Source: Octopus vulgaris
Taxonomy: Eukaryota
Length of the DNA: 64,000 bases
NCBI GenBank assembly: GCA_951406725.2
Contig: OX597822.1
Location: 11,594,001 to 11,658,000, forward strand
Direction of reading: 5' to 3'
The position numbers and the translations under genes are program-made. A model generated the notes under the pieces. It made no database searches, had not been told where the DNA came from, and saw nothing but the letters and a program-made list of their open reading frames with translations. Positions 14,364 through 26,449 of this stretch are shown here, piece by piece (within the stretch, counting starts at the first letter, position 1; the number at the start of each line of letters is the position of its first letter).

Positions 14364-14440
<77 letters not shown>

Positions 14441-14561
14441 AGCTTACTTGGAAAAGGATGCGTGGCGTTCGATCATATGATAATATAAATAATATATAAA
14501 TATATGCATATATACATACATATATGTACATAGCTACATATATGTGTATATATACATGCAT

Positions 14562-14960
14562 ATATGGGTACTGCACATAAAAAGAACTTTGAACACAATG
14601 AGAAACAAAAACATAAAAACAAAAATATAGAAAAATGAACTTTTTTTCGAACAACGAAACAAAACAAACAGAGAAACGAGACGTGCAACATAAAGAATAT
14701 TCCCCTTCATAAGTTGTCCCTGTTTCATCTTCTCCGCGTCCGAAGGCAAGGACAATATGCGGCTTCATTGAAACAGTCCTTCCCGCAAAGCAAATCAAAT
14801 AAAATTTGGGATTTTTTGTGGAGGGAAGAGGTGGTAACAAGAATAGGACAGTAAGAACAACTAAACAATAAAGACAAACGGTGAGGGCTGTTACGCCAAG
14901 ACGAAAGAAAAAATATTATGAGCGCTAGAAGAACTAGCTTATGAGAAGCGACTGGTATAA
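14562..14960 (-). mobile_element. Dispersed repeat (second copy 44713-45100) carrying a permuted hammerhead-like motif
   Basis: Both copies start at tatatgggtac.g.aca after TA-rich sequence and share the ttcccctt...gtttc...cgaagg.aagg.ca...gaaaca.tccttcccg.aaa...aatt.gggattttt blocks. Confidence 0.65.
14702..14761 (-). ncRNA. Candidate permuted hammerhead ribozyme, degenerate copy
   Basis: Minus strand: cgca-TA-ttgtcctt-g-ccttc-GGA-cgcg-(13 nt)-agggacaa-CTTATGA-a-gggg. The core is mutated. Confidence 0.35.
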
Positions 14961-15162
14961 GCACGTGGTTTTAATTCTAACTGGATGCAGAATTCTAGCT
15001 GCATTAGGTCTTTTGAATGTGATAAGTAGTACCTGATTCAACTGAATCTTAATTATATCCATATATATATATACATATATAACAAAGTTGAGTTGTGGGG
15101 TATCGCACTAGTGGAATTATATACGAAAGAAGGTTTGAAAATGCAATTTAAAAGATGTTTAT

Positions 15163-15207
15163 TTACTTAACCGGTTTCACTCTTTGGAAAAAGATTGTCA
15201 AAAGTAA
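15163..15207 (-). ncRNA. Minimal type I hammerhead, U3-A8 core variant (left arm)
   Basis: Reverse complement of 17744-17788. Confidence 0.6.
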
Positions 15208-15994
15208 CAGAATATTATGAATTCAAAAAAGTTCTTTACATAATTGCCACATTACATGTATATATACAGTCTTTGGTAACAGGGACATGTTAAGGACATA
15301 AGAAAGTACAACAGTATGATGAGAATATTTGAAAAAATGGGCAGAAAAGATTAAAACAAATATATTATACATCTCAGGGTCTGTACAGAATATTATGAAT
15401 TCAAGGCGAGGTGGTTTACTGACCTGTCCGTTTTAGCAGAAATGTAGAATTGAAAAAGATGTACCCGTTTTTTTCTTTTTTTGGCTTTCCTTCAAGCATC
15501 AATGATTTTGGGGTTAGGATGAGGTGAATATGTGTGTCTCTCTGCGTTTATGTGTGCGTGCATACACATAGATGTGGTGTGAATAGATGTGTCTGTGTGT
15601 CTGTAGTATTTGGTCAGATGCGTCTGTTTGTCAAGTGTGTGTGGTTGTCAAGGTGTTGTGTGTGCGTGTGTGTGCGCGTGCGCGTGTGCGTGTGCGTGCG
15701 TGTGTACGCATGCACGAGTGTGGATGGCATTCGACATGGTGCTGCGTGTGTATATATGTGCCTGTATGGAGGTGAGACTGGTGTGAGTGTGCGTGCCCCT
15801 GTGTGCGTGCACACACACGTATACAAGCGTCTGCGAGTGTGTGGGAGCTGTTTTTGAATGGTTCCAGGGTGGCGAAAATAGACGTGTGTTGTTTAAAGAA
15901 TTTTTGGGGGTAGGATGGTGTGTGTATATATGCGTGCCCGCCCGTGCGCGTGCGCGTCTACGCTTGTGTGCGGGCCATACACACACACTACATA

Positions 15995-16026
<32 letters not shown>

Positions 16027-16559
16027 TCATACACACACACACCACACACACACACACACACACATAATATACCCCCCCCCCACACACAACACACACACAC
16101 ATAATATACAAACACACAACACACACACACATACAGAACACACACACACACAACACACAACGCACACACATATAATACACACACACAACACACAAATATA
16201 ACATATATTTATATATAATATACACACATATGACACACACACACAACACACACACACACATAACACACGCACACATACATACATAATATAAATACAACAC
16301 AAATACACCTAACACATATATACATGCAATACACATACACAGCATATATATAATACACATACACAATATATACATATAACATACATACACAATACATACA
16401 TATAATATATATAGACAATGCATATACATATATACATATATACATATATATAGTGTTTACATACACATACATATACACATAGTGTACACATACATATACA
16501 AAACACATACATATAATATACATATACACAATGACCATGCATATAATGCACATATATAT

Positions 16560-16591
<32 letters not shown>

Positions 16592-17743
16592 TCACACATA
16601 TACACATACATATATATATAATGCACACACACACACACAAAATACATACATATAGCGTACACACACATATATATCTACATACCACACACACACACAAACA
16701 ATGTACTCACATATACACATATACAATGCATACACTCACAACACACACATATATACATATATATAAAACATATACACATACACATATAAATACATACACA
16801 CACACAATGCACACACAGACGCGCACACACACACACACACACACCATCCTACCCCCAAAAATTCTTTAAACAACACACGTCTATTTTCACCACCCTGGAA
16901 CCATTCAAAAACAGCTCCCACACACACGCAGACGCTTGTATACGTGTGTGTGCACGCACACAGGGGCACGCACACTCACACCAGTCTCACCTCCATACAG
17001 GCACATATATACACACGCAGCACCATGTCAAATGCCATCCACACTCATGCATGCGTACACACGCACGCACACGCACACGCGCACGCGCGCACGCGCACAC
17101 GAGCACGCGCACACACACACGCACATACAACACCATGACAACCACACACACTTGACAAACAGACGCCATCTGACCAAATACTACAGACACACAGACACAT
17201 CTATTCACACCACATCTATGTGTATGCACGCACACATAAACGCAGAGAGACACACATATTCACCTCATCCTAACCCCAAAATCATTGATGCTTGAAGGAA
17301 AGCCAAAAAAAGAAAAAAACGGGTACATCTTTTTCAATTCTACATTTCTGCTAAAACGGACAGGTCAGTAAACCACCTCGCCTTGAATTCATAATATTCT
17401 GTACTGACCCTGAGATGTATAATATATTTGTTTTAATCTTTTCTGCCCATTTTTTCAAATATTCTCATCATACTGTTGTACTTTCTTATGTCCTTAACAT
17501 GTCCCTGTTACCAAAGACTGTATACATACATGAAATGTGGCAATTTGCAACAACCAATAATTAACGCAACCAAACTTCCAATAATATATTTGTTTTATTC
17601 TTTTCTGCCCATTTTTTCAAATATTCTCATCACACTGTTGTACTTCTTTATGTCCTTAACATGTCCCTGTTACCAAAGACTGTATATATACATGTAATGT
17701 GGCAATTATGTAAAAAACTTTTTTGAATTCATGATATTCTGTG

Positions 17744-17788
17744 TTACTTTTGACAATCTTTTTCCAAAGAGTGAAACCGGTTAAGTAA
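17744..17788 (+). ncRNA. Minimal type I hammerhead, U3-A8 core variant (right arm)
   Basis: ttactt-TTGACAA-tctttttccaaagagt-GAAA-ccgg-TT-aagtaa: 6-bp stem I, a stem II hairpin and a palindromic accggt stem III. Confidence 0.6.
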
Positions 17789-17834
17789 ATAAACATCTTT
17801 TAAATTGCATTTTCAAACCTTCTTTCGTATATAT

Positions 17835-18012
17835 ATATATATATATATATATACAACAGTCCTCTTTCAGTTTCCTTCTACCAGATCCACTGACAAGGCT
17901 TTGGTCGGCCTGAGGCTATCGTAGAAAACACTTGCCCAAGATGCCACGCAGTGGGACTGAACCCGCAACCATGTGATTGGGAAACAAATTTCTTACCGCG
18001 GCCACTCCTGCG
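17835..18012 (-). mobile_element. SINE family A, 5' half
   Basis: ctttcagtttcc...cacgcagtgggactgaaccc...gccactcctgcgc. Confidence 0.75.
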
Positions 18013-18793
18013 CTTATGTAAAAAAGAACGCTTTCCTATTCGCGTAGGTCTCGAACTCACATCCTTTTGTTAACGCGACCAAGTGTTTTACCTTTATACT
18101 AGCGAATTATGTGTGTGTGTCTCTGTGTGTATTTGTGTGTGCATGCATCTGTCTGCGTGTATGTGCGTGTGTGTGACTGTGTGTGCGTATGTGTGTGTGC
18201 GCGCCAGTGTTTCGGTGTATATTCCAAGAATAACAGTTCTAAACGGAAGCAAACACAGTTAGAATTATTTTGTTATTAAAATCTGATAAACTATATCTTG
18301 TTCATAACTGGCAGTTTCACGTATTCCATGTTCGCATCACTTAACGGTGAGAACATTTGCAAATTCATAAGATATTTTTGAATACGTGCAGTCAGTATTT
18401 TCAAGTCGGATTTGATTGGTCAGCTGGGAGAATATGACAGAAGAATCGAACGTATGATGTCTTAAGCGTTGCGTGTCGTTATGCAATTAAATAAGGCATT
18501 CAGAAATTCACAAGGAATGATTGAGCGAAAAAGAATCTATAATGATTCTATGAATAGCATACAAATATTCCCCCGATCAAACCCGACAGACTTCAATAGA
18601 AATGGATTGTTTATCTTGCCCTAAATATAATGTTACATAGGGGTAGGTGTGGATGCGAGGTAACAAGTTTACTATCCAATTGCAGGAGTTCAGTCCCACT
18701 GCATGGCACATGAGGCGAGTGTATTCTGCTTTAGCCACAAACAGTCCAAGGGCTTGTGAGTGAATTTGTTAGACGGAAACTAAAAGAAGCTCG

Positions 18794-18856
<63 letters not shown>

Positions 18857-18937
18857 TAGATAGATAGATAGATAGATATAGATATATATATATATATATA
18901 TATTCATATCTACATATAGAGAGCTGGATATATATAT

Positions 18938-19310
18938 ATAACTTATAAAATAAGGGGAAAAGAAAATTTCTAATGCCAAATATGCCGAAAAAAAGACAAA
19001 ATTGTCAATAACCATTATAATTTATGCGTCTCGAAACAAGCCGATAGAAATTTCTAAAAAATCCGATACTACCGTATTGGTCCCAATTTCGGGGTTAATT
19101 TAGAAATTTCTATCGGCTTGTTTCGAGACGCATAAATTATAATGGTTATTGACAATTTTGTCTTTTTTTCGGCATATTAGGCATTAGAATTTTTCTTTTG
19201 CCCTTATTTTATAAGTTATTTATAAATTTAACCTTTAAAGGTATTTTTTGATATGCTGGCCATTGATAAAATTTCTTTTTTGAAAAAATGTTATCCTACA
19301 TTAGTTATAT
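18938..19310. repeat. Inverted-repeat insertion in (TA)n with ~120-bp arms
   Basis: 18938-19058 is the reverse complement of about 19099-19219 with few mismatches. The spacer is ~40 bp and the right arm continues ~90 bp to (TA)n. Confidence 0.85.
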
Positions 19311-19319
19311 ATATATATA

Positions 19320-19357
<38 letters not shown>

Positions 19358-19369
19358 TGTGTTATATGT

Positions 19370-19975
19370 ATGTATTGTGAGAATTTACAAAAACACAAAA
19401 GACGAAGACGGGTGTGTAAACAACAAAGAGTTGTATTAGTTTAACGCTCGGGAAGTGAGAAAGTCTTTTACGTTTCGAGCCTACGCTCTTCGACAGAAAG
19501 GAACACAGAAATAAACAGGGACAGAAAATAGAAAAAAGGTTTAGCGGTGATCGCAAAACGAAGGTGCACGTGCGTGTGTATGTGAGAGCGTCTATGTACC
19601 TGTGGACGGGGACTGGTGACCTTGACGTGTGCGTGTGTGCATGTGTAGGTGATGGGGTTTGTTTTAAGGAAGTGATCAGTGCTAGTGTGTGCGGGGGGTG
19701 GTGGTGGTTTGGTGTGGTGGTGTGAGGTGTGGTGTGGGTGCTGGGATGTGGTTACTGCATATGTGTGCGATGATGTGGCTGACACGCACGAACCTGTGCG
19801 TGCATGTATGATAAACTTTCTAAACAGAAATAGGTTTTCTTTACTTAGACAGCTTCTGTATGTTAAATTTATGAAGAAGGTAGAATCCAATGGTGTTCCA
19901 TGCGATGTAAATACGGTTTGGCGATGTCCAGTTCTGCATGGCTGCATATGACATTCACTGTGTTCTAGAGGAAAC
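19370..19975 (-). mobile_element. Penelope-like element 3' fragment (possible endonuclease C-terminus, CA-rich UTR, HHR)
   Basis: The minus strand reads ...YRSCLSKENLFLFRKF, loosely like a GIY-YIG C-terminus (R...E..FI), then a CA-rich tract, then a minimal HHR. Confidence 0.5.
19465..19500 (-). ncRNA. Minimal type I hammerhead of PLE type, A6U core variant
   Basis: cttt-CTGTCGA-a-gagc(gtag)gctc-GAAA-cg-TA-aaag, with a palindromic acgt stem III. Confidence 0.65.
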
Positions 19976-20144
19976 CTTTATAACGAGTGAAATCAATGAA
20001 GCGTCGACTCGTACACATTTACACACGCACGCACGCACACACACACAGACAAACACAGATACGTGATCACACTCATATATATATACATATATTTACATGT
20101 ACAAGCACTAACGTACGCACAAAGACTTATACGTATATATATAG

Positions 20145-20176
<32 letters not shown>

Positions 20177-20177
<1 letters not shown>

Positions 20178-20515
20178 TGTTTCTTTATTAGCCACACAGG
20201 GCTGCACACAGATAGAACAAATTACAAGGTAGAGCTTTTCTTTTGAAGGTTTAAAAAAAAAAAAAAAAAAAAAAAGGAAGGGGGAGTTTCGATCAAAAGG
20301 GATCGTAAAAGGAGAGAAAGAGGACAAAAAAAGGGGGTTAAAAAAAAAAAGGGGGAGAGGAAAAAAAAAAAAAAAAAAATTGATCAATAGGGATCGTTAT
20401 CACAGAAATGTCAATATGAAGTGTAAAGGGGAGGACAGGTGAGGTTTACCCGTGGAAAGAAAAGCCTACGGAAAAGACCACGGTAACCTCGGTCAATGAA
20501 GTCACATTTTATATT

Positions 20516-20549
<34 letters not shown>

Positions 20550-20716
20550 AGCAACTCTCTGTTTTCGATTTCTGGGTTCATAGGACTATGCTCAAGGTGG
20601 CTTCGTCATTCATACGTGCCATTCTTGCTACATTCACCCATCTTTTTTTAAAACATTCGCTAGACAAAACTTGCCTCTCTACTCTCACTTTCCTTTTCAA
20701 GTGGTACTTGAAGAAG
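20177..20716 (-). mobile_element. 5'-truncated LINE 3' end (L1/Tx1-like) inserted in (GATA)n
   Basis: Non-repetitive ORF end [45 protein letters not shown], then a T-rich 3' UTR ending aataaagaaacat. (GATA)n lies on both flanks. Confidence 0.6.
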
Positions 20717-20750
<34 letters not shown>

Positions 20751-20800
20751 TATAGATAAATAGATAGATAGATAGATAGATAGATAGGTAGGTAGGTAGG

Positions 20801-20875
<75 letters not shown>

Positions 20876-20887
20876 GTAGGTAGGTAG

Positions 20888-20942
<55 letters not shown>

Positions 20943-20955
20943 GTAGGTAGGTAGG

Positions 20956-21038
<83 letters not shown>

Positions 21039-21196
21039 GTAGGTAGATAGATAGATAGATAGACATACATGAGCACACAAACATATGTAGATCCATGGAA
21101 GTATCTCTGGCACGAAATTTGCATTTATATTTATATACATATATTGATGCACACACAAACACACACACACGCGCGCGCGCGCGCACGTATGTATAT

Positions 21197-21362
21197 AGGC
21201 GCAGGCATGGCTGTGGAGTAAGAAGCTAGCTTCCCAACCACATGGTTACGGGTTCAGTCCCACTGCGTGGGTGGAAAATTGGGCAAGTGTCTTCTACTAT
21301 AGCCTCGGGACGACCAAAGCTTTGTGAGTGGATTTGGTAGAGGGTAACTGAAAGAAGCCAGT

Positions 21363-21365
<3 letters not shown>
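21197..21365 (+). mobile_element. SINE family A, 5' half
   Basis: ggcgcaggcatggctgtgg...ggttcagtcccactgcgtgg...ttgggcaagtgtcttctactatagcc. Confidence 0.75.
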
Positions 21366-21417
<52 letters not shown>

Positions 21418-22005
21418 TGATAGATATATACATATATAAATATATATTTGTGTGTGTGTTTGTGTGCATAGATGTATGTATATACACAAACATACGTACA
21501 TTCCGGTGTAAATTTCTACGCATGAGTATCTTCCATTTTCTGTGCATTGAGTGATTGGCAGAATAGCAGAAAGTTTAGAGTTACAGGTGAAATGACATGT
21601 AGTGTATTTTTTTCGGTTCCTGATGTCTGGTGTTCAAATCATATAGGAATGAACGTTACTTTTCATTTCCACGTTGGTCGATTTTATTGGGGAAAGCAGT
21701 GCCCCTTAAATGCTTATCGGGGAACAAATGTCCGAAAATGATATCACATAGCCAGTTTAATAAGAAGAGGGGCGAAAAAATACTTACGGTATATATTTTG
21801 GTACTTGGTGTTCCCGGTTCTATTCCCGCTGAAAGCATCTTTATCATTCACCCCTCCCTCTTGGTTGATCAAAATTGAATATAGTCGTGTCTTTAATGTC
21901 GTATATTTCTGTGCAACATCATATCAACACATATATTTATAAATACATACATATACATGAATACACACACACACATCTATAAATGTATAAACAAACACAC
22001 ACATA

Positions 22006-23131
22006 TCTTTGTATATATAAAACTGAGAATGTGTGTATGTCTGTCTGTGTGTTTCAGTAAAACTTGAGAACTACACAACCATTTTCATTCAAATTTTACA
22101 TATGCCTTACTTAGGGTCCGGGGAGTGTCATCGGCAAAAATAATTTGAACTTTTTGCCTAGCAATATCATATCTTCTCCACTAAGATTCCCTAAAACTTG
22201 AGAACTGCACAACCAATTTCATTCAAATTTTACACATGCCTTACTTAGGGTCCATGTAGTTTCATGGGGTAAAAAAGGTTCAACTTCTTGCCTAGAGCGA
22301 GCCCATAGCAATATCATATCTTCTCCACTATTTCAGTATTACGTGTTAAAAGTGAAACAAAAACGTTTCTCTATTTTATGTCAGATACTTTCACTTTAAC
22401 AATAAAAATAATAATAACAAATTGAATTATATGTAGTAAGTAATAATTAAAATCAAACTAAAGTATAATATAATCGTAACATAACAAAAGTAAAAATAGC
22501 AATTGGTATAAAATTGCATCAATGATTTGAACTTCCATAAGTGGTTTCACATGAATGGGAATAAATTAAAAATAAAATTAGTGCCCCGAAATGGAATAGT
22601 CCAGATGGATAATAAAAAATTAAATTAAAGAAAAGACTATTGTCTATAAAGTATACAATGTAGAAAAAAAAAGAATATTTGAACACATGGAGGAAAGCAC
22701 CTTCGAAAAGTGTCTTGGTGCGACTATGAAAGATATCTAATCAAAGGCGGTAAATTCGCCACAATAGAAGCAAAGGGAGTACTCGACTCGAACGTGCAAA
22801 GTGGAAATATTTTATTTTTACCTTTATATCTGGGACGTAGGACGTCCCGGAAAAAAAAAGAAGTAGAGCTAGGCTGGATTGTAGCCACACTTCTATACAA
22901 GAGGGAGGACAAGATACAATTGATCGAAATTACAAGAGACGGGCTAACAATTCCAGTCTGTTATATATTTTGAGTATTATTATCACTAGCGATATCAAGA
23001 TATAACTTTGTATTTTGTATTTTATGTGTAGATGTATATATATAGATGTACATGTAATATGTACACATATATACACACATATATACATGCAATAGCACTA
23101 TGACCCGGCAACGACGGGTCTTTAATGCTAG
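22006..23131 (+). mobile_element. Non-autonomous Helitron
   Basis: Starts A|TCtttgtatatataaaactgag and ends with hairpin gacccg-gcaacga-cgggtc (23102-23120), 7 nt, then CTAG|T. Contains an internal ~135-bp direct duplication (22058/22192). No TSD. Confidence 0.75.
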
Positions 23132-23209
23132 TATGTTTATATATCAGTGTTTGTATGGAAACATCTACACACACGTTACCGTTCGTCGGAGAGTTGTGAT
23201 CATACTGTA

Positions 23210-23252
<43 letters not shown>

Positions 23253-23304
23253 GCGCGTGTGTGTGTGTGTATGTGTGTGCGTGTGTGTGTGTGTATATAC
23301 ATGT

Positions 23305-23469
23305 ATTTTATTCTTTTATTTCTTTCAAAAAATCGAACACAAGTCTTATTCTTTGTAAGCCTAGTTCTTATTCTATCATCTCTATTGCCGAACCGCTAAG
23401 TCACGGGGAAGTAAACACACCAACATTGGTTGTCAAGTGATGGTGGGGAAGCAAACAGATAACAAGCAC

Positions 23470-23530
<61 letters not shown>

Positions 23531-23692
23531 ACTGGCTTCTTTCAGCTTCCGTCTACAAAATTCACTCTCAAGGCTTTGGTCGGCCCGAAGCTATAGTAGA
23601 AGACACTTGCCCAAGATGCCACGTAGTGGGACTGATACTAGAACCATGTGGTTGGTAAGCAAGCTACATACCATACATCCATTCCTACGCCT
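23305..23692 (-). mobile_element. SINE family A
   Basis: Both family A halves flank an internal (TA)n. Confidence 0.8.
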
Positions 23693-24171
23693 ATAAGTAT
23701 ATATCTCACATGTCACATTATCGACCAGACCATCAAATGCTGTTATATACCGCTCGTCCCAATGCGCTTCCAATTCTATCTAGATTGCGCCATCCTTTTC
23801 CATTGTGACCCAAATATATATGAAATTATAATATAAGAAGATATAATGAACAAACTTTATATTCATATTCATATATACGACAGGCTTCCTTCAATTTACG
23901 ACTACTATATCCATTCACAAAACATTGGTCGTCCCCAGATGACAGACGAAGACACCTTCCGAAGTTGCCAAACATCGTGACCAAAGCCGGAGCCATGTAG
24001 TTGGGAAGCACTCTGCATACTAGATAGCCACATATATACACATACATTTACACACATATATAGACACACACAGACACACGGCCACATGTACACACACTTT
24101 CACACTCTTTGACATGTGAATGTAAGGATGATGGTATGTAGGTGTGCGGATGATGTGTGTATATATACATA

Positions 24172-24252
<81 letters not shown>

Positions 24253-24258
24253 TCTTTT

Positions 24259-24660
24259 AGGCGCAGGAGCAGCTGTGTAGTAAGTAACTTGCTTCCCAAC
24301 CACATTGTTCCGGGTTCAGTCCCACTGCATGGCACCTTGGGCAAGTTTCTTTTACTATAGCCTCAGGCCTACAAAAACTTTATGAGTGGATTTGGCTGAC
24401 GGAAACTGAAAGAATCCTGTCGTATGTATATATATATGTATGTGTGTATTAGTGTGTCTGTGTTTGTTACGCCACCATCGTTCGACAACCTATGTTGATG
24501 TGTTTGTGTTCCCGTAACTTGGCGGTTCGGCATAGGAGACCGATAGAATAAGTACTAGGCTTAAAAGAATAAGTCGTGGGGTCGATTTGTTCGATTAAAG
24601 GCTGTGATCCAGCAAGGCCACAATCAAATGGCTAAAAAAATAAATGGATAAAAGAATAAA
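24259..24660 (+). mobile_element. SINE family A
   Basis: Runs from the aggcgcaggagcagctgtgtagtaag head to the aaagaataa tail. Confidence 0.8.
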
Positions 24661-24984
24661 AAATATATATATACTTTATAATTATATACATAATTATAAC
24701 AAGGGGTCGGCTTTATGCCTCTCCACCCACCATAAGAAATAAACGGTAAAGTCTTTTTTTACTACCTTAAAATCTCCGAGAATAACACACTTTATTGTCG
24801 TCGAGTAAAAGAAAAATAATGAATCAATAAGGCTGATTTTAAGATAGTAAGAAAGACTTTAGCGTGGTGAGGCATAAAACTGACCCCTTCTTATAATTAC
24901 GTATATTATTATAAGATAATTTGTAAAATTTATCTATAAGGCTTTTATTTTCGCACTGGTTACCTAGTAAAATTATTACTGATC

Positions 24985-25393
24985 TCTTTTACTCTTTTAC
25001 TCTTTAACTTGTTTCAGTCATTTGACTGCGGCCATGCTGCAGCACCGCCTTTAGTCGAGCAACTCGACCCCGGGACTTATTCTTTTGTAAGCCCAGTACT
25101 TATTCTATCGGTCTCTTTTTTGCCGAACCGCTAAGTGACGGGAACGTAAACACACCAGCATCGGTTGTCAAGCAATGCTAGGGGCACAAACACAGACACA
25201 CAAACACACACATATATATATATATATACATATATACGACAGGCTTCTTTCAGTTTCCGTCTACCAAATCCACTCACAAGGCATTGGTCGGCCCGGGGCT
25301 ATAGCAGAAGACACTTGCCCAAGATGCCACGCAGTGGGACTGAACCCGGAACCATGTGGTTGGTTAGCAAGCTACTTACCACACAGCCACTCC
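24985..25393 (-). mobile_element. SINE family A, nested in the HHR element
   Basis: Full-length copy with ctgat on both flanks (possible TSD). Confidence 0.85.
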
Positions 25394-25599
25394 TGATTCA
25401 AATAATATTTGAATAAATTCACTCCATGATCGAAACTGCATTTACTACGGTCTTCAACTTAACACACACACGTGGGTATAAAAGAAAGATATGAATTATA
25501 CTCGGCAGTATATTTTTATGAGTGTGGATAGATATTGAACATGCGATAACGCTGATCGCGTGTATATTTTAAAATACTCGTGAACTTATACGAAATACT

Positions 25600-25654
25600 C
25601 TGATGAAGAGTAACAGTAAGAAAACTATCTTTTACTTTAAGTTCGAAACGCGTC
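25600..25654 (+). ncRNA. Type I hammerhead core with decayed stem I
   Basis: CTGATGA-a-gagt...gttc-GAAA-cgcg-TC with a palindromic acgcgt stem III. The flanks no longer pair cleanly. Confidence 0.55.
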
Positions 25655-25915
25655 CATAGTTAATCAGCCTCATTGATTCATTATTTTTCTTTTGCTGGCC
25701 TACAATAAAGTGTGTTATTCTTAGAGATTTTAAGGTAGTAAAAAATATTTTAGCGTCTATTTCCTACGGTGCGTGGTAAGGCATAAATCCGACCCCATGT
25801 TATAATTATGTATATGAGTATAAAATATTTTGTAAAATTTACTCATAATGTCTTTTTTCCGCACTGTAAGTAAAAATCAGCTGAAACCTTCGTCATGGTA
25901 ACCGACTGAGTGCTC

Positions 25916-25982
<67 letters not shown>

Positions 25983-26022
25983 CACATATACTTATGTACA
26001 TATTTATAAATATATATATGTA

Positions 26023-26310
26023 GAGGCGCAATGGCTCAGTGTTTAGGGCAGCGGTCTCGCATCGTGGTATCGCGGTTTTGATTCCAAGAGCAGGCGTTGT
26101 GAGTGTTTACCGAGCGAAAACACCTAAAGCTCCACGAGGCTCCGGCAGGGTGTGGTGGCGATCCCTGCTGTACTCTTTCGCCGCAACTTTCTCTCACTCT
26201 TTCCTCTGTTGGCCTGCTCGCTTAGCCAGCGGGGTGGCGTCATTTGAAGGCTAAAACAATGCGAAGCGCATTGTGACCAGCGATGTATAGCCTGGTCGGT
26301 CACAGTGATC
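26023..26310 (+). mobile_element. SINE family C variant
   Basis: gaggcgcaatggctcagtgtttagggcagcgg head with the aacacctaaagctccacgaggctccggcagg block. Confidence 0.7.
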
Positions 26311-26316
26311 ACGGTG

Positions 26317-26449
<133 letters not shown>

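Larger units (their letters stand above)
15080..17832. mobile_element. 2.7-kb palindromic (head-to-head) Penelope-type insertion in (TA)n
   Basis: 15117-15925 is the near-perfect reverse complement of about 16838-17832. The right arm has an extra ~160-bp internal duplication. The spacer is CA-rich, both sides abut (TA)n, and each arm carries an HHR near its outer end. Confidence 0.8.
24668..25880. mobile_element. Older HHR-bearing element (~480-bp period) with an inverted arm, interrupted by a SINE
   Basis: About 24670-24836 is the reverse complement of about 25660-25825. 24837-24980 is a direct copy of 25727-25878. HHR core at 25600-25654. Confidence 0.65.
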
